DNA from: an uncultured Bacilli bacterium
GTDB lineage: Bacteria; Bacillota_I; Bacilli_A; RF39; UBA660
Length of the DNA stretch: 64,000 bases
Direction: 5' to 3'
Assembly: GCA_934090685.1 (NCBI GenBank)
Contig: CAKOJN010000003.1
Location: 54,034 to 118,033 of the forward strand
The notes beneath the pieces were generated by a model that had not been told where the DNA came from, made no database searches, and was given only the letters and a program-made list of their open reading frames with translations. Every line of letters starts with the position of its first letter. The first letter of the stretch is position 1. Below are positions 45,104-55,021 of this stretch, one piece after another. Position numbers and translations under genes: made by a program.

Positions 45104-46150
45104 TTAATTTATATCACATGTTATATCACTTGTTACATTTAAGAACGTATATTTAAATGTATTTGTATCTATTGTACCTTTTTTAGATGGACTAATATTA
45201 CCACAATTTAATTTAGGTTCACTTCCATCTGATGATTTAATACTAAATACACCAGTTGTTCCATTATCAACTGAAATTGATTCAGAGCCACTTGAAATTG
45301 AAAATTTTGTATTGTCTGCAATATTTATTTTTAATGTATGTTTAACAACAGGTGCTTTTTCAAATGTAATAGTACATTTTGTGTTATCTGTTAACTTAGC
45401 AATTGTAAATTTATTAGATGCAAATGTTCCAACTTGATTATTAGTACATTCAATTTTTGCTTTTTCAAAACCTGAATTTGGTTGTACTAAAGCAGATACA
45501 CTATCACCATATTTAGCATTTTCAGTAGTATTACCTTTACCATTTATAACAGTTATATCAGCTTGAAGATTTTTAATTTCAAAATCAATTTTACATGTAA
45601 TATCTTTCATAATAGCATTTAATGTAAATGTATTTGTTGATTCATCCCAAGAACCTTCTTTATTATCAGAACAAACAGCTGATTTATATATATAACCTTC
45701 ATTTGGTTTAATTATGAATTTACCATCTTTTTCTCTTTGAACTATTTTCGGATTATTTTCATCTTCTATACCATTTGTAATAGTTAATGTAATAGCATAA
45801 TTTGTTTTTACGAAGTATAATTTGCAAGTGCTAGTTTTATTTTCTTTAGGAATAAACTTCCAGTTATCAACATCAAAGTCACCTGTTAAATCATTAGTAC
45901 ATGTAAATCTTGAAAATTGATAAGTAGGTTCACTTATAACATTGCCATTTTCATCCGTACCATTTGGGGTATTTATTGGCATAGTTTCTTGTAACTCATC
46001 TTCCAAATAATATTCATATGTTATTTTATTAACATCTTCATTTGGTTTATTAGTTGGTTGCTTTTTTGATTGAACATATCCTACTGCACCCATACTTCCT
46101 GTTAATAATATTAGAATGATTAATATAATTTTCAACCCTTTACTTTTCAT
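45104..46150 (-). CDS. Hypothetical membrane-anchored surface protein with four Cys-containing repeat modules
   Basis: An N-terminal TM, then a recurring ..T.CK(L/I).F.. pattern (STCKLYF, ITCKIDF, TKCTITF, ITCDIN) every ~70-80 aa. Confidence 0.55.
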   Translation of the reverse strand: MKSKGLKIILIILILLTGSMGAVGYVQSKKQPTNKPNEDVNKITYEYYLEDELQETMPINTPNGTDENGNVISEPTYQFSRFTCTNDLTGDFDVDNWKFIPKENKTSTCKLYFVKTNYAITLTITNGIEDENNPKIVQREKDGKFIIKPNEGYIYKSAVCSDNKEGSWDESTNTFTLNAIMKDITCKIDFEIKNLQADITVINGKGNTTENAKYGDSVSALVQPNSGFEKAKIECTNNQVGTFASNKFTIAKLTDNTKCTITFEKAPVVKHTLKINIADNTKFSISSGSESISVDNGTTGVFSIKSSDGSEPKLNCGNISPSKKGTIDTNTFKYTFLNVTSDITCDIN

Positions 46151-46254
46151 TTATTCCTCCATATTATATTGTTATTATATAATTAAGAGGGTAGATGTGT
46201 CAAGAATACATTTAAAATATAAAAATATTTTTGTGATAAATGTAATAAAAACAT

Positions 46255-46283
46255 TTGACTTTTAGATGTACATTTTATATAAT
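46255..46283 (+). promoter_or_regulatory. Sigma-A promoter of rplM-rpsI
   Basis: TTGACT (46255-46260), a 17-bp spacer, then TATAAT (46278-46283). Confidence 0.65.
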
Positions 46284-46289
46284 ATATCC

Positions 46290-46380
46290 GGTACATTTTA
46301 ATGGAGATGCAGTTTCTGTGGGATAGAAATGTCGTAGTTGCAAATGCGATGGTGTCGAAGTTAAAGAAGGGAAAGAAATT
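46290..46380 (+). promoter_or_regulatory. rplM 5' leader (candidate L13 ribosomal-protein leader)
   Basis: A ~90-nt comparatively GC-rich untranslated segment between the promoter and the rplM RBS, matching the position of the Firmicute L13 leader. The structure was not verified. Confidence 0.45.
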
Positions 46381-46812
46381 ATGAAAACATTTATGTTAAG
46401 AAAAGAAGACGTTGAACATAAGTGGTATGTTATTGATGCTGAAGGTAAAAACTTAGGTAAAGTTGCTGCTTTAGCTGCTTCTGTTTTAAGAGGTAAAAAC
46501 AAACCAACTTATACTCCTCATGTTGCATGTGGAGATAACGTAATTATTATCAATGCTGAAAAGGTAAATCTAACTGGTAATAAGTTAGATAAAAAAATGT
46601 ACTATAATCATAGTGGGTACCCAGGTGGTTTAAGAGAAAGAACTGCTAGAACTATGATTGAAAAATATCCTGTTGAAATGGTAGAAAGAGCTGTTAAAGG
46701 TATGCTTCCTAAAAATAGATTAGGTAGACAAATCTATAGACAATTATTTGTTTATGCAGGAAGTGAACATAAACATCAAGCTCAAAAACCAGAAAGATTA
46801 GAGGTAAGATAA
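46381..46812 (+). CDS. rplM: 50S ribosomal protein L13
   Basis: [23 protein letters not shown].. is the canonical L13 N-terminus. Confidence 0.96.
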   Translation: MKTFMLRKEDVEHKWYVIDAEGKNLGKVAALAASVLRGKNKPTYTPHVACGDNVIIINAEKVNLTGNKLDKKMYYNHSGYPGGLRERTARTMIEKYPVEMVERAVKGMLPKNRLGRQIYRQLFVYAGSEHKHQAQKPERLEVR

Positions 46813-46813
46813 T

Positions 46814-47206
46814 ATGGCAGAAAAAAAATATACTGCAATAGGCAGAAGAAAAAGAAGTGTTGCTAAAGTTACTTTAATTAATGGAACAGGTAAAATTACT
46901 GTTAACGGGAAAGGTGTTAACGAATATATGCCTTATGAAACACTAGTTATGGATTTAGTTCAACCGCTAGAATTAACTGATACTTTAAAGAAATATGATA
47001 TTGAAATCACTGTTAAAGGTGGAGGTTTTTCTGGACAAACTGGTGCAATTAGATTGGGTATAGCAAGAGCATTAATGCTAGTTAATAGTGAAAATAGACC
47101 AGTATTAAAGACTAATGGAATGATTACTCGTGATGCTAGAATCAAAGAAAGAAAGAAATATGGTCTTAAGAAGGCTCGTAGAGCACCTCAATTCAGTAAG
47201 AGATAG
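46814..47206 (+). CDS. rpsI: 30S ribosomal protein S9
   Basis: ..[19 protein letters not shown].. and a C-terminal ..[12 protein letters not shown]. Confidence 0.96.
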   Translation: MAEKKYTAIGRRKRSVAKVTLINGTGKITVNGKGVNEYMPYETLVMDLVQPLELTDTLKKYDIEITVKGGGFSGQTGAIRLGIARALMLVNSENRPVLKTNGMITRDARIKERKKYGLKKARRAPQFSKR

Positions 47207-47221
47207 TAAATTTAACATAAG

Positions 47222-47250
47222 ACTCAGTAATTGTTTACTGAGTTTTTTTA
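47222..47250 (+). terminator. Rho-independent terminator after rpsI
   Basis: ACTCAGTAA-ttgt-TTACTGAGT followed by TTTTTTT. Confidence 0.75.
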
Positions 47251-47344
47251 TTGATAAGTAAATTGTAAAGTTATAAAAAATAATAAAAAATAGTTTTAAA
47301 TAAAGCAATTTATGATATAATTTTAACATAGGAGAGTAATAGGG

Positions 47345-48274
47345 ATGGCTGCTAAAATATTTAAAACAATTGATGAACAAATAGAAATATTAAGAAGTAA
47401 AGGCATGGTATTTGAGGATTACGATAAAGCCAGAGAAATACTATTGCGTGAAAATTACTTTTTTTTGAATGGATATAGATCTCCGTTTTTAATGAATGGT
47501 ACTAAAAGATTTATTGAGGGGACTACCTTTGAAGAATTATATTCATTATTTACATTTGATAGATTTTTTAGAAATATTATTTTTAAAAATGTTTTGATTG
47601 TTGAAAATAATTATAAATCTATATATAGTTATGTTCTTAGTAAAAAATATGGTTATAAAGAAAAAGATTATTTAAATATTAATAATTTTGATAGAAGTAA
47701 AGAAAAGAATAGACAGATTAATGATTTACTTAGAAAATTAAAAAGACAAATTAGAATAAATGGTTATCAACATCAAGCAACTAGTCACTATATCAATAAT
47801 TATGGATACATTCCTATGTGGGTTGGTGTTAAAGTATTAAGTTTTGGTCTTATGAGTGAGTTGTTTACAATATTAAAAGAAGAAGATAGAAAAGAAATTT
47901 CTAATTATTATGGTTTAAATCCAGATAAAATAGAAAATTATATGTCTATATTAGCAAATTATAGGAATTTATGTGCTCATGAAGATATATTATTTAATCA
48001 TGAAACTCAAAAGTGTATAGCAGATACTACTTTTCATTTACAACTAGGTATACCAAAAGTCGATGATGAATATATTTATGGGAAAAATGATATTTTTGCA
48101 TTATTAATTATATTAAAAGAATTATTGACTGCTGATGACTTTAAAATGATGATGAATGAAATATGTTATGAGATTGATAAATTATCAAGTAAATTAAAAG
48201 TAATTGATGTAAATAAAGTATTATTTAGAATGGGATTCCCAGAAAACTATAAACAATTATCATATTTAGAATAG
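47345..48274 (+). CDS. Abi_2 (AbiD/AbiF-like) abortive-infection family protein, HEPN-type
   Basis: The N-terminus ..FKTIDEQIEILRSKGMVFED..LLRENYFFLNGY.. and the RNxxAH motif (YRNLCAHEDILFN) are typical of the Abi_2 family. Confidence 0.75.
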   Translation: MAAKIFKTIDEQIEILRSKGMVFEDYDKAREILLRENYFFLNGYRSPFLMNGTKRFIEGTTFEELYSLFTFDRFFRNIIFKNVLIVENNYKSIYSYVLSKKYGYKEKDYLNINNFDRSKEKNRQINDLLRKLKRQIRINGYQHQATSHYINNYGYIPMWVGVKVLSFGLMSELFTILKEEDRKEISNYYGLNPDKIENYMSILANYRNLCAHEDILFNHETQKCIADTTFHLQLGIPKVDDEYIYGKNDIFALLIILKELLTADDFKMMMNEICYEIDKLSSKLKVIDVNKVLFRMGFPENYKQLSYLE

Positions 48275-48287
48275 GAGGCATTACATA

Positions 48288-49370
48288 ATGAATAAAAAAC
48301 TTAAATACATTGTTACAGTAATATTATCAGTTTTTGTTGGTTGTGGATTAATGTACATGATTATATATTATTTTCCTAACACAATAGTTAAAACAGAAAA
48401 CAAAGTTGAAAAAGTTGTTAATGTTAATGAAGAAGGTATTTCATCAGGAATTGATAATATTTATGATGCAGTAGTTGTTGTTGAAAATTATAAAAAGGGT
48501 AAATTAGTTGGAATAGGTTCTGGTTTTATTTATTCTGGTGAAGGTTATATTATGACTAATCATCATGTGATTGATTCATCAGATGAAATAAAAATCACAT
48601 TAACTAGTGGAGAAAGTATAGAAGCAAAAGTTTTAGGAAGTGATGAACTTGCTGATATTGCTGTTTTACAAATTGATAAAAAATATGCAACTAATATAGC
48701 TAAAATAGGAAAAAGTACTGATTCTAAAGTAGGAGATACAGTTTTTACAATTGGTTCTCCAATGAGTTCTGAATTTTCAGGTACTGTGACTAGAGGTATA
48801 CTAAGTGGTAAAAATAGAATGGTTGAAGTGTCTGTAGGTTCATCTTCATCAAAAGATTGGATTATGAATGTTATGCAGACAGATGCTGCTATAAATCCTG
48901 GAAATAGTGGTGGACCATTGTGTAATGTTTCAGGTGAAGTAATCGGTATAAATTCTATGAAAATAGTTCAATCTGAAATAGAAGGTATTGGTTTTTCAAT
49001 ACCGATAGAGGATGCTCTTCAATATGCTAATAAGATAGTTAAGGGAGAAAAAATAGAAAGGCCTTTCTTGGGAATACAAATGGCAGATGTATCAACATCT
49101 AGTTATTATTTGTCAAGACAAGGTATTAAAATAGATAGTTCAATAACATCAGGAGTTATAGTTATATCAACCACAAATGATGGACCAAGTGGTAGTGCTG
49201 GTATTGAAAAAGGTGATGTAATAATAAATATTGGAAAGTATTCAGTTAAAAGTGTTGCTGAACTAAGATATTATTTATATAAATATGAACCAAATAATGA
49301 AGTTGATATTAAAGTTATAAGGGGAAAAGAAGAAAAAACTTTTAAAGTTAAATTAGGAATAAGTGACTAA
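48288..49370 (+). CDS. htrA: HtrA/DegP-family serine protease with a PDZ domain
   Basis: N-terminal TM. Catalytic His (TNHHVI), Asp (ADIAVLQ) and Ser (GNSGGPL). A C-terminal PDZ domain. Confidence 0.9.
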   Translation: MNKKLKYIVTVILSVFVGCGLMYMIIYYFPNTIVKTENKVEKVVNVNEEGISSGIDNIYDAVVVVENYKKGKLVGIGSGFIYSGEGYIMTNHHVIDSSDEIKITLTSGESIEAKVLGSDELADIAVLQIDKKYATNIAKIGKSTDSKVGDTVFTIGSPMSSEFSGTVTRGILSGKNRMVEVSVGSSSSKDWIMNVMQTDAAINPGNSGGPLCNVSGEVIGINSMKIVQSEIEGIGFSIPIEDALQYANKIVKGEKIERPFLGIQMADVSTSSYYLSRQGIKIDSSITSGVIVISTTNDGPSGSAGIEKGDVIINIGKYSVKSVAELRYYLYKYEPNNEVDIKVIRGKEEKTFKVKLGISD

Positions 49371-49432
49371 CTTATTTTTTAATATTGAAAAAAAATGACT
49401 AATAATTTATAATTATTATAATGGTGAATAGT

Positions 49433-52039
49433 ATGAATAATAGAAATAAAGAAATATTAGAAGATTTTAAAACATCAATGGATGGTTTAACAACTAAAGA
49501 AGCAACAAAAAGATTAGAAAAATATGGGTATAATGAATTGCCTAAAGAAGAAATAAAACCATTGTATAAAGTATTTTTAGGTTCATTTAAAGATCCTATT
49601 ATATATGTTCTTATAGTATGTGCTATATTGTCTTTCATTGTTGGAGAAACATTGGATGGTCTTGCAATATTATTTATTATTATGGTTGATGCGATTGTAT
49701 CTACTATTCAAGAATATAAAGCTAATAAAAATTCTGAAGCATTAAAAAATTTAATTAAAGTGAATTCTAAAGTTATAAGGGATGGAAAACAATGTGAAAT
49801 AGATTCATCACTTGTAGTACCTGGAGACATTTTAATATTAGAATCAGGTAGTAAAATTTCTGCTGATGCTAGAATAATAGAATCGAATAATTTAACAGTA
49901 GATGAATCAATTTTAACAGGAGAAAGTATTGCTGTTAATAAATCAAGTGAAATATCTCAAAAGGATTTAACAAAGTGTAGTTTATATGCGGGTTGCTCTG
50001 TTTTAACTGGTAGAGCAGCAGCAGTAGTGTCATCAACTGGTATAAATACTGAAGTTGGAAAAATAGCACAAAAAGTTACAACTACTGAAGAGTCTTTATC
50101 ACCTCTAACGATTAGAATGGAAAAATTTTCAAAACAAATAACGTTAATTATAGTAGTTATAGCAGTAATAATAGCAATAATTTTATTTAAGAAAGATTAT
50201 GAACCTTTAGAAATCTTTTTAGCAGTAGTTGCATTATCGGTATCAGCAATGCCTGAGGGATTACCACTTGCCTTAACTATGGCACTAACAATTGGTTCGA
50301 ATAAAATGAGTAAAAGAAATGTTATATGTAAAAAGTTGACTGCTGTAGAAAGTTTAGGAAGTTGTACTGTAATAGCAAGTGATAAAACTGGAACACTTAC
50401 TGTAAATGAACAAACTGCTAAGAAAATAGTATTGCCTGATGGAAAAGAATACAACGTAACTGGTAATGGTTATAATGATATAGGTAAAGTCGAAGGAAAA
50501 AATATTAATGATGCTAAGTATATTGCTAAACTTGGATATATAAATAACGAAGCAAAGTTAGAAAAAGTAAAAGATTATTTTGAAAAATTAGGTGATTCAA
50601 TTGATGTAGCATTTTTGTCCTTAGCATATAAACTAGATTGTAATATAGATGATATTTTTAAAGTCCAAGAAATACCTTATGAGTCTGAAAAAAAATATTC
50701 AGCAGTTTATTATAAAAAAGATAATGAAATTTATTGTACTGCGAAAGGTTCGGTTGAAGAAATAATTGAATTTTGTTCACATAGTTATGTAAATAATAAA
50801 AAAGTTAAATTAAATAAAGAAGAAATACTTAAACAAAATGAAGCATTAGCTAGTAATGGTTATAGAGTTATAGCACTTTGTGATGGGAAAGTTAAAAGTA
50901 AAAAGTATGATGATGAAAACATTAAAAATTTAAATTTTATAGGATTAGTTGGATTTATAGATCCAGTAAGAAAAGAAGTAGTATCATCAATTAAAGAATG
51001 TACAGATGCGGGAATCAAAGTATTAATGATAACAGGAGATCATGCTTTAACTGCATATTCTATTGCAAAAGAATTAAAATTAGTTAGTGATTATAGCGAA
51101 GTAATAACAGGAGAAGAACTGGAATTTTGTATTGAGGATGAAGAATTTGATGAATGCATTAAAAATAAAAAAGTATTTGCAAGAGTTACGCCTTTACAAA
51201 AATTAAAGATAGTAGAATCTTTACAAAGAATGGGAGAATTTGTAGCAGTAACTGGTGATGGGGTAAATGATGCTCCGGCAATAAAAGCAGCAAATATTGG
51301 TGTCGCAATGGGTAGTGGTACTGATGTAGCAAAAGAAACAGCAAATATGATAATTATTGATGATAATTTTACTTCAATAGTTGCAGGTATCGAAGAAGGA
51401 AGAAATGCTTATTCAAATATAAGAAAAATTAGTATTTTGTTATTATCATGTGGATTTGCTGAAGTAATATTTTTTGTATTAGCAATATTATTTAATTTAC
51501 CTATGCCGTTAGTTGCGATACAACTATTATGGCTAAATTTAGTAACAGATGGACTTCAAGATATAGCATTATCATTTGAAAGAGAAACTGATACTATAAT
51601 GAAACAAAAGCCAAGAAAAACAAATGAAAGTTTGTTTGAAAAAGAAATGATAAAACAAATTCTTGCATCAGGATTATTTATGGGAATAATTGTATTTGAT
51701 GCTTGGTTTGTTATGATAAATTTCTTAAATTTTGAAGTAGTACATGCGAGGGGTTATATTTTAGCGCTTATGGTATTTATGCAAAATATACATGTACTTA
51801 ATTGTAGAAGCGAAGAAAAATCTGTATTTAAAAATGGATTTAAGCAAAATCCTTTTGTATTATTAACAATTGTATCAACAATAATATTACAAATAATTGT
51901 TATGGAAGTACCTGTTTTATCATTACTACTACAAACGTATAGTGTACCATACTCACATATGATTATCTTATTACTTCTTGCATTACCAGTATTGTTAATT
52001 ATAGAAATATATAAATATAGGAGAAGAAAAAATAAATAA
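49433..52039 (+). CDS. P-type (type IIA-like, Ca2+/cation) ATPase
   Basis: SDKTGTLT phosphorylation site, MITGDH, TGDGVNDAPA, and 10-TM architecture. Confidence 0.9.
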   Translation: MNNRNKEILEDFKTSMDGLTTKEATKRLEKYGYNELPKEEIKPLYKVFLGSFKDPIIYVLIVCAILSFIVGETLDGLAILFIIMVDAIVSTIQEYKANKNSEALKNLIKVNSKVIRDGKQCEIDSSLVVPGDILILESGSKISADARIIESNNLTVDESILTGESIAVNKSSEISQKDLTKCSLYAGCSVLTGRAAAVVSSTGINTEVGKIAQKVTTTEESLSPLTIRMEKFSKQITLIIVVIAVIIAIILFKKDYEPLEIFLAVVALSVSAMPEGLPLALTMALTIGSNKMSKRNVICKKLTAVESLGSCTVIASDKTGTLTVNEQTAKKIVLPDGKEYNVTGNGYNDIGKVEGKNINDAKYIAKLGYINNEAKLEKVKDYFEKLGDSIDVAFLSLAYKLDCNIDDIFKVQEIPYESEKKYSAVYYKKDNEIYCTAKGSVEEIIEFCSHSYVNNKKVKLNKEEILKQNEALASNGYRVIALCDGKVKSKKYDDENIKNLNFIGLVGFIDPVRKEVVSSIKECTDAGIKVLMITGDHALTAYSIAKELKLVSDYSEVITGEELEFCIEDEEFDECIKNKKVFARVTPLQKLKIVESLQRMGEFVAVTGDGVNDAPAIKAANIGVAMGSGTDVAKETANMIIIDDNFTSIVAGIEEGRNAYSNIRKISILLLSCGFAEVIFFVLAILFNLPMPLVAIQLLWLNLVTDGLQDIALSFERETDTIMKQKPRKTNESLFEKEMIKQILASGLFMGIIVFDAWFVMINFLNFEVVHARGYILALMVFMQNIHVLNCRSEEKSVFKNGFKQNPFVLLTIVSTIILQIIVMEVPVLSLLLQTYSVPYSHMIILLLLALPVLLIIEIYKYRRRKNK

Positions 52040-52057
52040 TATTACAGGAGGCTATTT

Positions 52058-53500
52058 ATGAAAAAAAATATATTGTTATTAATAAATGGTTTTGGTGTAG
52101 AACAAAGAGATTCATATAATATTTATAAGAAAGAATTAATGCCAAATTTAGATAGATTAACTGTGGAAGGATTGTTTTCAACATTATCAAGTAATTATTT
52201 AGATTATAAAGATGGATATAGAAATTTTAGTATAGGTATAAAAATACCATTATCATATAGTATAATATCTAATAATCTATCAAGTGAAAATTATAAAAAT
52301 AATCAAGTGTTTAAATACATGATTCAACAAGTTATTAACAAAAAATCTAAATTACACATTATATGTTATTGGGATAATGATGCAACAATAGAACAATTAA
52401 GTGCATACTTAAAATATGTTTTGCCATATGTTAATACAAAAATATGTCTACATTTAGTATTAACTCAAAAATCATTAAATGATTATAAGGCTATGTTGCC
52501 ACGTTTTAATAGTCTTAATTATGATTTATCTTCTAAAGTAAAAATATGTTTAATAACAGGTGAAAACAATTTTAACAATTTATTAACATTAAAAGATTAT
52601 GTAAGGTCATTTATTGCAGTAGTAGGTGAAAAATGGAAAGATATTGAAAAAAGATTTAATACATGTATCAGTACAAGAACTACTCCAAATAATATGAGAA
52701 CATTTATTTTAAATAGTGATTATTCTCTTGATAATAATGATCAAATACTATTCTTTAATTATTCAAATATAAATGTTGATGGGTTAATAAATGAAATGGA
52801 AAATCAAAAATACAAAAGTTTAGATTTCAATACTATTGGTTTTTATTCGTTATTTCCGGTAAAATCACAAAAAAAGATACCATTTATGTATAATTTTGCA
52901 GTTTCATCAACTTATGCTTTAAATTCACTTAAATCAATTAATGCAAAGTGTATAGTGTTAGATAAAAAAATGAAGTGCAGTTATATTAATTATTATTTAA
53001 CTGGTCTTAGAAATACTGTTGATCCTGATTTAAAATATTTTGCTACTGATGATGACTTCATTTATGATAAAGACAAGTTATTAACATTCTTAAAAGAGAG
53101 AAATCAAGAATTAACAATAATAAATTATGATATTAGTGAATGTAAATTAGTTGATGATATAGAAGAAGCATTAAGAAAAATAGATACAATAATAGGAGCA
53201 CTTGATGAATATATTAAGAAAATTTCTGGTACATTATTCATTTCATCCTTGTATGGAATAGAGAAAGAGATGTATAATAGAAAACAAGAACTGTGTAGAA
53301 TTAATTTTTCTGTAAGAGTTCCTTTAATAGTTGATGATAATAATTATAAGAAAAATGTTTATAATTTATCAGAAGGTAACTTATATGATTTATCAAATAC
53401 AATATTTAAAAATATTGATAATAAGTTTAAAGGGGACAGTTTAATTAAGAAAAAAAGTTCGTTATTGTCAATATTTTATAAAAAAGGAGGTAAAAAATGA
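52058..53500 (+). CDS. Cofactor-independent phosphoglycerate mutase (iPGM)-like protein lacking the catalytic/metal residues
   Basis: Colinear similarity to iPGM blocks: KKNILLLINGFGV vs KKP..LIILDGFG, MPNLDRL vs TPNFDR, QILFFNYS vs VIFYNFR, LTIINY vs AIILNF, VRVPLIV vs NPVPVIV. However, GNSEVGH, NPDMVGH and ADHGN are all replaced. Confidence 0.6.
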   Translation: MKKNILLLINGFGVEQRDSYNIYKKELMPNLDRLTVEGLFSTLSSNYLDYKDGYRNFSIGIKIPLSYSIISNNLSSENYKNNQVFKYMIQQVINKKSKLHIICYWDNDATIEQLSAYLKYVLPYVNTKICLHLVLTQKSLNDYKAMLPRFNSLNYDLSSKVKICLITGENNFNNLLTLKDYVRSFIAVVGEKWKDIEKRFNTCISTRTTPNNMRTFILNSDYSLDNNDQILFFNYSNINVDGLINEMENQKYKSLDFNTIGFYSLFPVKSQKKIPFMYNFAVSSTYALNSLKSINAKCIVLDKKMKCSYINYYLTGLRNTVDPDLKYFATDDDFIYDKDKLLTFLKERNQELTIINYDISECKLVDDIEEALRKIDTIIGALDEYIKKISGTLFISSLYGIEKEMYNRKQELCRINFSVRVPLIVDDNNYKKNVYNLSEGNLYDLSNTIFKNIDNKFKGDSLIKKKSSLLSIFYKKGGKK

Positions 53501-54159
53501 ACAAACCAACAATAAAAAGAGCATGTGCATATTTAATTGATTTAATGCTCGTGTTAATAATAAGTAGTTTATTTACTGGTATTGAAGCATTAAATCCTAA
53601 TGCTGATAAATATGAAAAAACATATGAAAAATATAAAACTATTATTTCAAATACTACTGATATTAATACAATAAATAATGAGGAAATTATGAATGTTACA
53701 TATGATATGAGTAAATATGGATTATCAGTTTCAGTTATAAATTTAGTTGTTACATTCTTATATTTTGTAGTATTTCAATATATGAACAATGGAAAAACTG
53801 TAGGAAAAATGCTGATGAAAATAAAAGTTGTTTCAAAAGATAGGAAAAAACTAAAATTTGATCAAATATTATTAAGAGCAATAATTATAAATAGTATTTT
53901 GTCTTCATTAATATTAGTTATTGTATTAGCTTTTGCTAGTAAGTCAGTTTACTTGTCAAGTAGTAGATACATTCAATTTGTTGATATGACTCTTGTATTT
54001 GCATCAATTATAATGATTTTATTTAAAGCAGATGGCCGTGGCTTACATGATATAATTGGTCGCACTGAAGTTATTTATGATATTGAAGAAGTTGAAAATG
54101 TAAAAGAAGCAAACATTGTAGAAGAAAAGAAAACTAAAAAGAGAAAGAAGAGTGAATAA
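53497..54159 (+). CDS. RDD-family membrane protein
   Basis: 3-4 TM with the terminal GRGLHDIIGRTEVI motif. It overlaps the upstream stop by 4 nt. Confidence 0.75.
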   Translation: MNKPTIKRACAYLIDLMLVLIISSLFTGIEALNPNADKYEKTYEKYKTIISNTTDINTINNEEIMNVTYDMSKYGLSVSVINLVVTFLYFVVFQYMNNGKTVGKMLMKIKVVSKDRKKLKFDQILLRAIIINSILSSLILVIVLAFASKSVYLSSSRYIQFVDMTLVFASIIMILFKADGRGLHDIIGRTEVIYDIEEVENVKEANIVEEKKTKKRKKSE

Positions 54160-54596
54160 TGAAAGTAGCGATAGGAAATGACCATCATGGCGTTGATGTT
54201 AAAAACAGAATAATTAAATATTTAGAAGAAAGAAACATCCAATATTTAAATTTTGGAACTGATACTAAGGAAAATGTTGATTATATAGATTTTGCTAAAA
54301 AAGTGTGTAAATCTATACAAAATAAAGAATGTGACTTAGGAATATTAATATGCGGTACAGGAATAGGTATGAGTATTGTTGCTAATAAATTTAAATCTAT
54401 ACGATGTGGAAAAGTAAATAATGAAGAAGAAGCTAGATTGACTAAAGAACATAATATGGCAAATGTAATGGCATTGTCTGAGAAAATAGAAAATCTAGAT
54501 AAAGTATTAGATGCGTATTTAAATACAGAATATTCCAAAGAAGAACGTCATAAAAGAAGAGTAAAAGAAATAGAGGAGGTGGAAAATAATGGATAA
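54159..54596 (+). CDS. rpiB: Ribose-5-phosphate isomerase B
   Basis: MKVAIGNDHHG.. and ILICGTGIGMSIVANK (RpiB/LacAB family). Confidence 0.88.
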   Translation: MKVAIGNDHHGVDVKNRIIKYLEERNIQYLNFGTDTKENVDYIDFAKKVCKSIQNKECDLGILICGTGIGMSIVANKFKSIRCGKVNNEEEARLTKEHNMANVMALSEKIENLDKVLDAYLNTEYSKEERHKRRVKEIEEVENNG

Positions 54597-54999
54597 GTCA
54601 TTATTAAAAATTGCAGGAATTATATCTATAATAGTTGGTATCTTATTTTGTTTAACTCTTATAGGTGCTATAGTAGGTGTACCAATAATAATAGGTGGTT
54701 GTAAATTTAAAGACTATGCTAATCTTTCAGATGAAGAATTATTACAACATAAAGATTCAATTATTATATGGACTATAGTATTCTTATTTATTAACCAATT
54801 AGCAGGTGTTTTAGGACTTGTGTTTGTAATCGTTAATAATTTATTTGATTCAAATAATACTAATACTAATAGTGCTACTAACTTTGATAAAAATAAATAT
54901 GAAAGTTTAGAAAGATTAAAAAAATTATATGACGAAAAAGCATTAACTAAAGAAGAATATGAAAAAGAAAAAGATAAGATATTAAATGGTCTAAATTAA
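54589..54999 (+). CDS. Membrane protein with a C-terminal SHOCT domain
   Basis: Two TM helices, then LERLKKLYDEKALTKEEYEKEKDKIL (SHOCT pattern). Confidence 0.65.
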   Translation: MDKSLLKIAGIISIIVGILFCLTLIGAIVGVPIIIGGCKFKDYANLSDEELLQHKDSIIIWTIVFLFINQLAGVLGLVFVIVNNLFDSNNTNTNSATNFDKNKYESLERLKKLYDEKALTKEEYEKEKDKILNGLN

Positions 55000-55021
55000 A
55001 ATGTAATGCATATAATATACT

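Noticed and set aside
46275-46502. 75-aa minus-strand ORF across the rplM leader and start.
   Set aside because: It is antisense to the rplM promoter, leader and coding region. It has no RBS.
47105-47380. 91-aa minus-strand ORF across the rpsI 3' end and terminator.
   Set aside because: It overlaps the rpsI coding sequence, its terminator, and the Abi gene start. It is implausible as a gene.
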